Assembly: GCA_964035545.1 (NCBI GenBank)
Contig: OZ037765.1
Coordinates: 18,724,995 to 18,788,994, forward strand
DNA: 64,000 bases
Direction: 5' to 3'
Source of the DNA: Bugula neritina
Lineage: Eukaryota > Animalia > Bryozoa
Positions 11,357 to 27,000 of the stretch are shown here, one piece after another. The notes under the pieces were generated by a model. The model did not search any database, was not told the DNA's origin, and saw only the letters and a program-made list of their open reading frames with translations. A program made the translations under genes and the position numbers. Positions within the stretch are counted from its first letter, which is position 1. Each line of letters starts with the position of its first letter.

Positions 11357-14300
11357 AGAGCCTCCAGTGTAATGCTGTGTTGTGTTCTGGTGGAGAACGA
11401 AGCCTGGCCGCACCCCCAAAGGTGGCCAAGTAATGGCGCTGTATGTGTTTTCGTGTAGTAAAACTCACGAATGATGTGAGCCAAGTGAGCAAACTGCAGG
11501 GAAGGAACTGTTGACAACTCTGTACTGGGAATGACTGCTATATCATTATTTTAGTCAGTTAAATGTTTGTATGATTAGTTCAGTGATTATTTGTAGTTAC
11601 TGTTTTTGTTCCAAGTCTCAATGCACTGTAATTATTTTTAATTTCTGATACAACCCTTCATTATTAACCTTTTCCTTCCTCCTGCTTTGTATTTACTACT
11701 GAATGTTGACTGTTCTGGTTTCTAAAATTTTTGCAATGTTGGTGTTGGATAACCACAGTTTGTAAACCCCTAGGGGTGTAAAGTATGGCATGTTTGCAAA
11801 TTGACAAGTGAGCAATAAAGATCAAAATGAGATGATATTACAACACGATTTTATTTTCCTTTCAATCAACATGATACCTGCACAAACCACTTGAATTCTA
11901 TCATGATAAATTTCAGCTTAATATTTGCACAACTTTAATATAACGAATAACCAGACAGCGATCTGTGATGAAGCCTACATAAAGGCGGTAACCACCTATT
12001 CTGACTAAATAAAATTATGCCAATTGTTACAGAACTTTGCCATTCTTTCAATGCTTGGCTTCACTGTTACCTAACAGCTGAAAGATGCCATAGTTGAAGC
12101 AATGCTGTAAAGTTCTATGGTGGTCTTGAGAGGCTGTAAAATAGGAATGCACTGACTAAATAATGCAATGGCTATAAACGAGCACTTCTCCCTCCAACAG
12201 ATTGCAAGGCCAGCTGGCCAACCCACCAGCACTCCAAAAAATCGTTTGATCTGATGACAAGCACACAGCTGTGCGCATCAAAACCCAAGTCTAGCCCCTA
12301 CTAAGAAAAAAAAGCAGTTTAATTAAATGGCATTTTATATATGGAGATGTAATTTTCAATTTACACCAAGATCTGAAAGGAAATAACTGCCATCTGTGCC
12401 AAACAGATCTTTATAACTAAACAAAATGGAAGCAAGTAGAAAAAAGTTTTCAAAGAAAATTTAAAAAAATTAAGATTAGAATAGAAATTATACAAGAGAA
12501 TACCGTTAATGTCAAATTTGTGACTACTTATGATATTCCAGTGTACGATTTCATACATGCTACTTTCATGTGAATGCAAATTTTCTGTTCTGTTTCTTTT
12601 ATCTAGATGTATGACTTTGCTGCCTCAGAATTTATTTTGTATTTTTAAAACTCCTTACTCAGGACAATTCCATCAGATTATATCAATGTTGATAAAAAAT
12701 ATTGGTAAGGAAAAGTTAAAGAAATGCTCATATAATTATGAATTAATTTCCAAATGTAAAATTGTTCTTTATTCATGAAGTCCTATTGGATGATACAAAG
12801 ATTTGCTTATAACTGTTCATATGGAGTCTGGCAAACCAAACAACAGTAAAACTTTACCTCTTTACAAAATTTTTCCTTTGGACATAATATGATAACTGAC
12901 TTTTCAGCTACTCAAATTGACTGTTGACACAAAAATAATTTGTTGGACTGTTTTAAACCTGATTATTGAACAGTGGTTATGTTTAGTAGTGAAATTGAAA
13001 CAAGGGGGAGCATATAAGTGCTAGACAGCAGGCTATATCTACCTACACTTTCTAGCTTCTATCAACTTATTCACACATCACTCTTTTTAGAATTTAGATA
13101 ATCAATCTACCCAGCTTCAGCTTTGTAAACTCAATACTGAAGTCAAAACAGCCTCAAGATTACTATTATAATAAAATCTTTTCAGTGATCAATAGTTTCT
13201 ATTAAATTGTGCAGATGCTAAAATATTTTTTACTAACTTTGATGAATTGATGAGCATATGTAATAAAATATTAATGTTGGTTGGCAGATGTGAGATATGA
13301 TCAATTGTTGTCAAGATGTTACACAGCAGCAACTCCAATAGCAGAAGGTTTTCAGCTATAGTATCTACTGAACAGCAGCATGCCGTCTGTATGCTGTGTG
13401 TATGGGCAGCTGGCCACACACACAGCACATCTGCCTAACTCTATCTCCTATTGATTTGGTGTTGGTGGTGTGTATACATGCATGTACAGTATATTATATA
13501 CAAACGGATCATCATTCGACCTACGTGCGACTTAGCCACTCAATCGCACCTGCATCTACCTATAACACAAGGCTCCACTGAGCGCAACCTGCTGCTGCCT
13601 TCCCTTGGAGTCGTCATCACCATAGCAGCAGCAGCTGGCTAGTTATTGATGAGTGCTGTCTAGGGAGTCGACCATAAGCACCATTAGTCAATATTTCTAT
13701 ATGGCTGACTGACTAAATGTACGACCATAATACAAGTTATGTTTGGAAAGATATGTTAGCATAATTGGAAATCTATAATTTTCTGCAATATTATGTTAGT
13801 CGTAATAACTAGAGTTTACCAGTTCCATGGGTGAAGTGAAACCTATTTTCTACAATATGGAGGCTTTAAAACAGATTTTCTTGTTTCTGCATATAGAAAA
13901 ATTAGGAATAAAACACATAAGGAAAACAATAAACTTAAGCAGACCACCCAAACTCAAACTTTGGCTGTATTCAACTTTAACTGTTTTGAGGCTTTTTTGC
14001 TTTTAGTATTAGAAACTCCAAAATCAAAGGCAAAATTTATTTTCAGTCGCTGAAAAACAGAGGCACCATTTACTAGTAGAAAGCTAAAATGTAACTGAAA
14101 GCTATAACCCTTCCGAACAACATTTTTACTGTACTAATAAAAGTGAATTTCTAAAAAATTTTTCACAGCATTTTTAGCTTGGAAATACACTTTTGTAATT
14201 ATAAATTCAAGGTTTGCTCTTAGGAAAGATTTGCAACTATTCAAAACTAAAAACTGTTTTTACATAATAAAACTTCTATTTATAAACAGATTTAAAAGCT

Positions 14301-17300
14301 ATAAAAATTGGAACTCTGTAATGTAATAGCATAGCAACCCTAGAAATAAAAAACTATGAATTAATACACTATTAAAATTAAATTTGAATAAAATATGTAT
14401 TTTCAGCTCATTATAACATTAAAATGTTGCAGACATTTAAATAAGGTTGAAATGAAATAGCAAACCAGTAATATATTTTTATTGTGCCTTCCAGTAAACA
14501 AAAATATATATGAAATGATATTCACACATTTGTGGGAACATAAAGACAATAGAAAAGATGGTGACAATAGTATATACACCTGCTGGGTATCATAATAAGC
14601 TATTGATACTGAAGCATGCAGTACAAGTATATAATATAAAGTATATTATACAACTAATGACATGCAAAGCAATGACTAAACAAGTGAGCTGTCATGATGA
14701 GAGGGTCCAGTTGGTAGACTCACACCTTTTCACCATGAGAACTAGACAGCCCCTGCCAATATCACATCTGCTATTTCAATATTTGTTCACAAGAAATTGA
14801 TTGCCAGTTACAAGCAACATATTGCTAAGGATATTGCCTTATATTATTATAATTAAACTATATTCAGATGTGAAAGCTATAGCCTATAGCTTTCTAGCAA
14901 CCACCAGCTGCACATAAACAGTGCAACAGGCTAATTTAGTAAGTGGAAGTCTGAGAAAGAAACTATGCCTCCTCACTTTTCAGTTTCTGCTATAACTCGC
15001 TAATCATTGCGGTGATGAATTACTTTTAGTATTAAATTGAGCAGTCAAAGAATTTAGTCTTTGAAGCAAGGATTTCATAACTCTGTCTCTTTTAGGGCTT
15101 GGGGTTTGGTCTTCAGTCAATGTCTACAATAATATAATAAAATTATAAAACCACATATTTTAGTACCAGAGAAATTGAATATTGAAGAAGACAAGCTATA
15201 CAACACATACAACAATAGTTAGATGTGTTGAAATAGTATTATAAAGTTAGTTTTCACACAAATCTGTAATCTAAGTGTTGATCTCATGAACAGGCCATAA
15301 TGATGAGCATATTCAAATAATATGTCCATCAGTGAGCATTACCCACAGCAAGCTTCATGCATATAATAGACCGTATTGTAAGTTATAGCATGCAGGCAGA
15401 TATTCATCAAGTGTTAAAACTTTTCTATTATTTTTGTTCATCTACACACCCAGAATGTCAAGATGAAAAATACAGTGGCGGCATTACAGAATGCAGTCTG
15501 GCGACAAGCAGCTGTGGGTTGTTGAAATACAAGCCAAATTATTCTTATTCATACTAGCATTGTGTATAAAGTTGCATTGTGCCGAGTTGTAGAGGCTGTT
15601 TTCACCTCTCTACGTGTTATTATAAGGCTATTGAAAAGGCACTTCTGACTTTCAATGACAGTAAAAGCCTGAGCAGTCGCTAACAAATGAGTGTATAACA
15701 ACTGTTTGGCCATTGGTTGCTTTAGTATACGACATTACTCACGTGGAAAGTAGATTTTTTATAGCTAATCACATACATATCCTCCGTATATTGACATGTT
15801 CATAACAAACACAAGCTGCAATCAATGACATTATTGTAGCCAGTCGGTCTCAAACGCACCTGCACGGCTGATAGCTGGCTACTCACAGCTCATAGCAGTA
15901 TATAAATAATCCGAATAATAACAGCAAACAGTTAGGAATTTCTCGGCTGTAAATATTACATTATTCAGTGCAAAGAACACGTGTTGCGTTTCATGACACA
16001 TTGCAATAGAATTAAATAGTTTCCCCAACAAATATGCAAGTATTGTTAAAGGTCAACAGTTCAGAAACCATAATCCAGCTGACAAATATTGCCTTTATAT
16101 TTATTACAGGAGCTTTATCTTTGAAATGAAGTAAAAGCTTCATACTTATGACTTGATTCAAAGTCATCAAAATCTTTTTTTACACAAAATCCCATGTGAT
16201 CTATTAATTGACAATTTATTATTAAACAACTGGTGTGATTTCTAAGACCATACCATAGCTGTTACACCACTAGATGGAGCATACATATGTTGATCTAATG
16301 GCAGCAAACAAAAGTCAGCATTGCCTCTAATCATAGCACTACGAGGTGGGGCTGTGCATGGTTGCTACACTGCATATAATTCATAGCTGTGCTGCTGCAA
16401 CTGTTTATACTGATAATAATTTAAAGGTGGAAGTGAGAGACAAGGTGTCTAGGGAGCACCTGTGCCAGGCTGTTACTGCTGCATATAGTATATAATGTGT
16501 GATAGCATAGTACATCATGCCATAAGTGGCTTCTTGTTACTAGGAAAGTAGTGCTGGATTGTGGGTCTAAATATTTGGTTCATACAAAAAATGAGAATGA
16601 AAAAGGCCTGTCTACTATAGTAACGTTTTTTTAGCCAAATTTGTGAAAATCAAATACTCCAAGTAGTCCATAATCTTCTATGTTTAAAACAATTAATAAA
16701 TGTATAGATGTGAAATTTGTGAATTTTTATAAAGTTCTTTTTCTTTAAACACGGCCATATTTGTGTTCAGTAGAAAATGCATGTTAAAACTCAGGTTTTT
16801 CATGACCTACATACCTCTAGGGGTGTTGACAATGTTATTATCAACTCCCCCTCTACACTGCATAGGGATGAGGCAATACATTTGTTTAACAATATTATTA
16901 TATATTGTTTTGTTATATCAAATGATGTCACTCTTTCAACACTTGATCTACCCTCCAACTGGTTCACATGTATCCATACAGAAAACATGCAGTTGAGCGT
17001 ATGGTGCAGACAGAAACAGGGTTGAAACATGGGCAAGCACCTGTTTAGCTGATGAGCCCAGCGCCTACATGTCTATTGTTAATACCACAACCTTGCCAAC
17101 ATCACACTACTCTACACACTACAGTTTATTACCACAAACAAGCAAATAATCTTGTACAAGCTCATAATAATCAATGATAATCAATGCCACCTTGACTAAG
17201 GCATAAAACAGCACTTGAGCTGGAAATTTTATTGCAGTGAAATCGAAATAATTAAAGTAACGTTAGCGGTTAGACAGGGTGTCTACGTTGTGCACATGTT

Positions 17301-20300
17301 CTTTCTCTATTTACTCAATCAAAAAAGCTAGATGTGGTTAAACAAAACAACGGTGATTATATTTAGTACAAAGTGTATCATTCATAGAGTATTATTTTGT
17401 ACTCCGGTGTGATATTCTTGGTGGTAGTTAGTGACTCCCCTATGTCTAGCAGATCTGTTTACAACAGGTGAAAGCTGAACTGCATTATTACACACAGAGC
17501 AGTAGGTGCACGTGGCTGCATTGCCCAGGGGAGGTTATTCCCATCTGCAACTAACTGTTCACCTATACTGTAGATGTAGTTTTTGTCTAAGTATAATTGT
17601 CAAAATATCAAGTTGAAAATTAGGTTTAAAACACACCTGCTGTATTCTAATAAGAGATTATGTTCACATGATGATAATTAGTAGTACAGTGGTTTCTAGC
17701 TGTACATTCGGATAGACCAAAGTCTTGTTAAATCGGAATTAATAAATATTATTAAAAGTAAATTGCTTGAATATTGAATGCAGTAATTAACATATTAGAA
17801 TATTTTGTTCCCCACTTTAGAGCTTATTGTTTCCCATAGGATGTAGTTTAATAGTTTCTCAACTTCAATTCTTCTAAAGATAATTATATAAAACAAAGTC
17901 ATTTACCCTACACCAGTGCAGAAGTTTTGAGCATGACATTCCAAAGCAAACAATATCGTATGACCAACATGCCCCATCATCATTTGTTATGATGAAATAA
18001 ACAATAAACAGAATGCAACTGGTCTTTCAAATCAAGCCACCTGTTTCTAGATACAATAACTATGACTCTTGATTCTGATTCACAGAGAATGCAACCAGCA
18101 GTGAGCCCTAGGTCAAGGCAAATGGCAGAAAACCATCAGCTGGCCTTCGACTATTTTAAAGCACCACAAGTTATACAACTCAATTTTGGCCAAGTTCAAT
18201 CACATTAAACAGCTAATATCAAAGAGATAATGTTGATGGGGAGTTGAAAGTAAGATTAATTACATCTGGTGAGAGGTGAAAATATCAAGTGTACATCCTT
18301 CACATGGCGCCACAAAGGATGAATTTAGAATATCTTTTACCAATTAGTGCATTGCTTTAGTTATTTTGGGTAGAGTGCCCCTAGCGGCTTACAGTATTAT
18401 AATATGCTTATAACAACTGACAGAGCACCATGGCAACAATATGCCAATGAGAGGGGGGGGGGGCACTATACCCCCATATTAAAGCAATACTTACTTTAGT
18501 TAGTGCTGGTTTGAGACAATAGAAGTATGTAAAAACAATTCCTACCAATATATTTCAACATATTGGCAGCAAATATCAAATTGGTTGAATTTAGGGGAGA
18601 TAACTTTCTAATAGCTGAATAATTCAATATAGTATTTGCTTGTGAAGTCATTTCATTTGAATGAATATTGAGCAAGCATGGGTGCTGTTGTCTTACATTT
18701 GGAACATATTGTTTTTCATCATCAAACATAATTGGTAACATTATAAATAATAAAATAGGTTACTATTTTTAATCAAAATACTTCTTTAAAAACTGAATTC
18801 CATAATATTACACAGAATTGTTAGCTCCAAGTGAAAATATATGCCTTTAATTGTAGATAAAATACAATTTTGTAATGCGAGATATTAATTAATCTAAAAC
18901 TAAATTACTACTTTCTAATTTAACATAAAATTAGATTATTAGAAACCCAACTCTTAGCCTACGGAGTTGGACCCTGGGCGTGGGTGACGACTCCTATTAG
19001 AATAGAGGAATTCATAAGTCGGAGCAGACAAACTGCACTGACTTATGGATGAGTTAATCCACAGAAAGGCAGACAGGAAGCATGTATTGGTGAAGGTAAA
19101 TCACTAGTAAGTATTCTTTTGGCGCCACTAATTGTTATCAGAAGACTAGCTTACAGACATTACTATGTTACTCAACACTCCACTGCCTGATTCAGAAATA
19201 TAGTCCTAGTTTTACCACCGCACAACCGTAATGCAATCACCTTTACTTAACGTGCAGATGTGTTAAGGCTATGGGTTTCTCAGGCTAAAGCGGTAAAAAT
19301 GTTTCTCACACTGATACAGGTTTACGACATTCTGATAGGGAAGATCTTCAAAGTGAAGTTGGTGGAAATTCAACAGATGGACTGTGAACAGGGTTTGGAA
19401 ATACACAATGCACTGATACCCTGATAAAGCAAGAGCTGAATCAGCACTAAAGTATTTCTATTCCATAAGATTAAATACTAAAATTTATTGTTTAAGAAAA
19501 ATATAAAAAACTATAGAAGTCTAATCATAGCATGCACATCACATTCCTCAGTGCCTGTATGCCACTTAACCTGAATCAATAATACCATTCAAAAACACGT
19601 AGACGGAATACAAAAACCACATTGACTAGCTCTTGGTTATGTATAAGAAATATGTGCTCACAGTTGAAGATTGTAGAATAATTATGGAAGATATAATAGT
19701 GCCGTGTAAATGTGACTGAAGAAATACCATCTAAACGGCTGCATCAGAGTTGAGAGTGAATGGGACACCTGACAGCAGACTGGCAAAGATTACTCTAATT
19801 GCTGTTCCATTAGGACGAGTCAACACAAATTTGAAAGGATGAAATCTCTAATTCATATAATTCATCATTACAAATAGAGTCACAGGTGGCGTGAAAAGCT
19901 AAGAGAGATGAATGGAACGTAATGATGGATAATTATAGGTTATCAGGAGTATTGATCATGCAATCATCTTACTGATGACTGACAACTCTTAGGCAAAGAC
20001 AGCTGCATCAAAGGCAGCGACTCGAGAAAGACATAGCCTCAGCTATTTACACCTCCTATAGGGCTTGTTCGAGTGGTTCTACACACCACCCTTGTTTCAA
20101 AGATATTTAACAAATAATGACAACTAACAATAAGCAGATGAAAGTTGCTTTCAGCAAATGTTGACAAAGTTTCCATACAAACTAACTGCATAATACTGCT
20201 TGTCACATGTTTGTGATTGGAGAGAAGAGAGTCAAGATACACAGGTGCTTACTGTGAAGACACATCTGTCTTGTGTACAGAGTGCATTACATACCCAGTA

Positions 20301-21004
20301 GTTAGCACTATACAAATGTCATGCCAACAGATTGTAGCATGACACACATAGCAGGTACCCCAGGTGCCCCTGAGTCAGCTCTCCCCCAACAACCAACTTT
20401 TTCAAATCTAATACCAAGTTGGAGGTATTCATTAGTACCGAATTTGAGCTATGTTATTAGAATGCTAATTATTGTAATATTTCACACTGCAAAGTATAGC
20501 ATGATGGTGTCACTTTATTGTACTGTTGTGTATAAATATTATGCATTACCCAGGTGACATGCTAAGCTATCATGTGAAATGTCCTCTAACAAGCAAATTT
20601 GAATTCTCTCACACTGTTGGGCATTGAAATGCTGCAATTTGTAGATTGCTTTGTTGCGTTGGCATGTAAATAAACTCAATATTATAATATATGTTACATA
20701 GAAGTACAAGCTGTAATCTCAACTCAAATCACTTCTCCTGCGGCATTCAAAGGAAATAACAAAGTAATTAGTCTCCGTCATTACATAAATGTCACAAAAT
20801 ACAATAGTCAGTGCTGATGAAAGCAGTAGGGAACACATGTCTTACCTACATTATTGTATTATTAGACTTTAGCTAAGTAGATGCTGTGAAACCTTCTCAA
20901 CATGTAATATAAACAACACAGCCTCAAGCAATAACTTAATAATTTTTTCAAAGCCTGTCAAAGCACAAATAGAATGAGAGTGCAGCATTCTTCAGTCACT
21001 CACC

Positions 21005-24000
21005 TGCACCTGGTTGTCAGAGGAACTGAGCACACTGTTAGCCTGTGGTCCAGAGCTATCACCCGTAGCCTGTGTCTCCAAGAGCTGAAAGTGCTCAGTC
21101 TGTAGTGATGACCATCTCAGCTGTCTTTGTATCTTCCTGGTGTCTTCAGGTGTCTGCAGGGATTGAGCTCGGCCAGCTAACAAGTTGAAAGCATTATTTC
21201 AGTTGGAGTTACCTCCCTTTATACTTTAGTTTGAAAAACATGAATCAATATAATGAATGCTATAGGTTTCCTTCATGTAATATGGTTGCTAATTTACCTT
21301 TTGAGATAGAAGAAGGAAATTCCTTTTCACAATTTAGAGTAAATCTATCATCCAAGTCAGCCATCAATTCTCCAAAACTCCTGTTATTTCCTCTACTTGG
21401 TGATACATCCATCCGGCTAAAACATTATTCTGTAGTTAGAGGTGTTACACACTACTATACCTACTGTAGTTAGAGATGTTACACACTACTATACATACTG
21501 TAGTTAGAGGTGTTACACACTACTATACCTACTGTAGTTCGAGGTGTTACACACTAGTATACATACTGTAGTTCGAGGTGTTATATACTACTATACATAC
21601 TGTAGTTCGAGGTGTTACATACTACTATACATACTGTAGTTAGAGGTGTTATATACTACTATACATACTGTAGTTAGAGGTGTTACACACTACTATACAT
21701 ACTGTAGTTAGAGGTGTTACATACTACTATACATACTGTAACACATTACCATTAAAATCTGTATACATCAGATTTATATAATGTAAAATACCGAAACATT
21801 TTTTGCCACTGGTAAATACAGTTCATACATTCATTGGTAAAAGGCCAGCTGGCTTTCAAGTAAGAAATTCCTAATGCTGGAAATGACATATTTCCCTTTT
21901 AGTAGCGACCATATTATATTCTATTTTAGAAGTACATAGCAACATAAATCATGGTTGAATACAAATACACACACAACATAATATTGATAATCTCTATGAG
22001 TAACAACCAAAAAGTAAAAACTTCCATAGGAAATGATCTATATTTATACTCATATAATATATATTTGATTATATTTATAATCAGGGACTATGACCTATAG
22101 AGAAGTCATTGCACTAGAGAAGTGGTAAAGAACACTATAACATACTCATGTCACACATCAACTTGAGAAATATCTGGGGAAGAAGGAGGGGGGGGGGGCA
22201 GAAAGCACACTAAGGTAGCATGGAAATGTGCTATCTATCTACTCCAAAGTTACTGAACAGAATATGATAACTCCCATTAGGATAGGTGACGGGTCATGAT
22301 GTCGCAGATTAAAATAAAACTAATGCATAGGTGTAGTAAAAATAATTAGATCGGTTAGGTCGATATATTCCCCAGCACAATAGATTGGCGGAAGGTGCCA
22401 AGTGTGTTTCTACTTCTCAAGGATTAACCTCATCTTAGCAGAAGATTAAAGTGAATGGCCTGGAAAGAGTTGATGAATAATCAGGAGGAGCGACTCTGAC
22501 TATTACTGAGTAGGGATCAGATGGCAGGGGGTGACAACCACATACTAGTTTATAAACTATAATCTGTAATAATAATGCAGCTATTGTATTATAAATCATA
22601 AATAGTTGCCAGGAGGAAAAGAAACTGCCTGTATTTCTTTATTTAACCGACATTTTGGCATTATAAACCTGACATAAGTTGTACAGAGAAATCAAAATGT
22701 CCTTAAGTACAGAACAAAGCCAATAGAATTCATGACAAGTGAAAAGGGATCAAGAATATGGTGCACATACATAAACACCTCAGGTGGTAAAGAGAATGTT
22801 AGCTAATAACTATTAATTAATAAAGTAAAATAATGACAGGCCTAATCGGCAAATGATGTGACAGATTTCCGTACCATGACACTGGAGCCAGCAGCTAGCA
22901 GTCACGGCATGCACCTCGTTACTGCACACCGCCAGGTGCTCCCAAAGCAGATGCACAAGTATGATTTTTTTCTATAAATCTTAAGGATTAGCTTTTTGCA
23001 TAATTTATTCAAGATCAATCTATTATTGTCTAATTGTTTTCACCAGTTGTGAGGCTGAAGATGGAGCCACTAAGTATTGTAGAGTCCTGGTAAACCAAAT
23101 TAATTTACACACTGCTGTATGCATTCAGCTGCACTGTAATTACTTATTTCAGATGGATATGGAAGTATATTTAAATGAAAATTTACCAGAAAACTAACGA
23201 GCTATTTCTTAATATGACACATGTAAACCAATATGCCTAGTGACACTTCACTCAGCTGTTTCCAAATCTAACATCAAAATTGGTCATTTCCCAACAGCAG
23301 TAGCCATAAAAGTTCAGCTGCAGATTTAAATACAATCTACCAGCTAGTATACCTGATGCACACTTGGCAGAGCTAATAGCTATTTAATGTCACAAATAAA
23401 ATAGGTAAAAAGTGAAAAAGATTAAGAACAAGAAATAAAAAAATATTCATGAGCAACCTATTGCATGGAAACATGGGAAGGTTGCATCTTAGTTAGAGCA
23501 AAAGATTTTAGGGCAAAAATTATTATTTGCATCGTTGTCGGATAAATTAATAGTAAACATGAGACTTGGTCCAATACATTCTACAGCATCACTTGGCCCA
23601 GTTTTCAACACAGTGTGGTGCTAAAATACTCACAACAGCCTTTTTCTTTTCTCGGTATCCGTTGCCCTTGACCTTTGTGGTCTCACTAAGGTAGGCTTAT
23701 CCTTTCCATCTGCCGGCTTTGTTATGACAAAGGAAAATGTAGGAAAGTTTTTAGATGGTGAAGACGGTGTTCTGGAAATACAAACATAGATGGAATGTGA
23801 CATAGAAATTTCTATAAAAATTATTATTATTATATTATAATGTAGATTTGTTTGAAGCAGTAGAATGTAGATGCATTATATAAGAGGTACCAAAAGGTCT
23901 ATCAAATACAGTTGATTGTCAGATCTTAAATCTTCATCAGCTAAAACAAGCGTAGGATGTCATAACAAGGCAGTGAAATGGGTGGGTGAGATGTTGACCA

Positions 24001-27000
24001 CACCAGCTGTTCCATAAAACACGTGCTTCTATCTTCTCACTCATTCATAAATTTCAAACAAGTTGAATATTACTAGCTGAGCAAGCTGTTCATTAATGAA
24101 AATATGATCAGGAACTATCTCATTGTGAAAGCCATCTCAATTTCATGGCATCAAAGATAAAAAAGATGAGGGGAGGGGGTGAGGGGAGCAGCTGAAGGAA
24201 CTTAAAAAGTTATAAAACTTAAAAGAACTATAAATAGAATGACATATGCAACAACAAAAACGCATTAATAGACATTAACATAAATGGAAGCTCCAAATAG
24301 TTTGAAGCTCTAATATATGTTTTATAATTTTGGCCTAAGGGTTTACCATCAAAAACATGTTATATCACACACCTACTATGAATAAAAGCAATGACGTAAA
24401 ACCTTTCTAGCATAATTTTGTGAAGACATTAAAAATATAAAGCTTGCGCAATAACGATTTCTTCAACTTTATTTCTACCTAAATGGCAAGCTGGTTCCCC
24501 CCCCCTTAAATAACATTTGTGAAAACCCAAGAATGCACCAAGGGCTAAAATAGAAATATTTTGGAAATAGTATTTTCCGTAAACATTTGAGTTTGAAGGA
24601 AATTTGCTCAATTTTCAGGACAAATTCTTCTTTCCCCCGCAAATATCTGCTGAAATCAAAAGGAATAGAGATACCGCATATCCGTAATCATAATAATTTA
24701 TAAGAAAAGTTGTTATGAAGATCTGGCACCTGAACTCGGTGGTTGGTTCATTGACATGGGCTTGTCTTTTCAAGTCTGCTCTTTTAGTGGAAGAGTTTGT
24801 GGTTAGCATGTTAGTTACGACTGTCTTGATAGAAAGTATGGTGGTCGTGGTGGTAGTACAACCATCTGAGGCAGGTGCGTCTTCAATTCTTACCTCTTTA
24901 TTCAAAGTAGCCACAATATGCTCAGCGTATCTGGCAAGCTGCACCAAAGTCTGTCTCTGTAAACCCAACAGGACAAAATCTAGTAAACAACATAGAAGAA
25001 CGCATACTTTAAGAAGTTCTGTTATTAATGACTATCTTGCACTTATTGTGTGGTGAGCTGCTAGCAGATGTCAGTCAATATTTCGAGTACATAACTCCCG
25101 ACAGACAAAATTTAATTAAAATGACATTTCACAATGTTGATTTCATTAGAAAAGTTTATTATTAATGGACTGTAACTGCCACAGACCTGCAGCTGTGTTA
25201 TATCAGGAGATGTAGCGAGATTCTCTATCAAGGGTGACAACTCCAGTTTAATGAATCTAGGTGCCATAGAGCATGAGTCACACTTGCTCAGCATTGTCAT
25301 TAGAGCACCTGCCAGATATACAAGTAAATACCATTATCTGCTATCATTAGCACACACATGTACTCTAACTCCAGGAATTAATGAATAATTCTCACCTGCA
25401 AAAAGTTACGACTAATCTGAAATTTCAGGCCTGCCCAGCTTATTAGTATACACTATACAGTGTAATGCAAGAGGCCTCATTATGAAATAGCTATAAAACT
25501 ATATGCAAATATTGTATGTAATTGAATAATATAACACAACAACTGGCAACACTATACCAATTACAGTTACAACACATGGCTGCTCAGGGTATAAGTTTAA
25601 CCATGTTAAATATGTGGAGAATGCATTGCAATAATCAGCCTTCAGTATTCAGCATGAGCAGATGTTCAACACAGATGTACTTCTGAACAGTTAGATATGA
25701 CATATGGAGGTGTCAAAACAACAATCACATACAAAACAAAAATGAGGAAAGAGATTTTTCAGTCTAATTTCAAAGCTATGAGCTAAATTTAAACATTTTG
25801 TAAATGTTACAAGTATGAATGTGATGAGTGAAATATGCGTGCCACAGCTGAGCATGACTACATATTCCCCACAACCAGGATGTGAATTCTTTATACAATA
25901 ACACTATTACTTTAGACGACTCATCTTATTCAAGCTTAAAAACACATTTTATTATCATGCCTTGTCATTTTACTCATGCTTTATAAAAAAAAAATTGTCA
26001 ATGAACAAACTGCATCTTTGATTGGCATTTTCTCAATAAGAGGAAAGATAAATCCAAATTTAAAGCTAAGTTATGTATGACAGGGCAGCTTTAACCAGTT
26101 TAGAGTAAGACATGACCATCTGAACTTACGGCTGACAATATCCAGTAAGTTGAAATCATTTGTCATCAGCTTCATGAGCCAATTGCATCTGGCTTCAGTA
26201 AACATTTCATCATGGATATTCTGTACCCACACAACCATGGCATCAAGGAATTGTGAGCACAATTCCTAGAACACATCATTGTACTTCAAAAAATAAGTTT
26301 AGAATTTATTTTGCGACATTCATGTTCCAGTATTTAAAGCAAAGGACCTGTCTATGTGAAAACAAAATACAGAGTAAAGCGTTGTTTATGTAGAGACAAA
26401 ATGCCTTAAAATGTAAAACCAGTACGTATTGCATTTTAAAGTATTGCCTTTGTGATATACATCAATATCATATAACAGTTTTAAATTAAGAAGGGACGAA
26501 TGAGTGTATCCCCATGAAAATCATTAAATTCCCCGAAAAAGTGAATTCCACATCCAGTAAATGAGCATCGGAATGACTAATTAGCTGCATCCAATTGTTG
26601 ATTGTGTAAGACGTTATACATGCCTTAACTCAACATAGTATCATGACCTCGAGTGTATACAAGATTACTACAGATTTAAAGTACACAAGGCTTAGTAGCA
26701 CAAGAATTCCTTACAGCTGTTGTTAGACCATGACTCACCACGCTTCCAGCGTTCCAGTGGGATTCCATGCACTGCTGGAGTAGCTCCATCACCCCAGGAG
26801 TGAGTGTGTGCAGAGGCTGACTCTGTTTGGAGAGCTGAGAGACAGCAGTAAGTGCTGCCCCCATCTGAGTCGAACTTCTCAGACCTTGTACGAGCAGCGG
26901 AAGTGTGTCGTTGAGACTCGTAGCAGGAGAACGCTTGGAGACCAACAGACAGATGTTATCCATGAGCAGAGAGAATGCCTGACAAAACATAGGAACTGAC

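Noticed and set aside
21430-21740. CRISPR array
   Set aside because: The units are contiguous with no unique spacers, there are no cas genes, and the context is eukaryotic.
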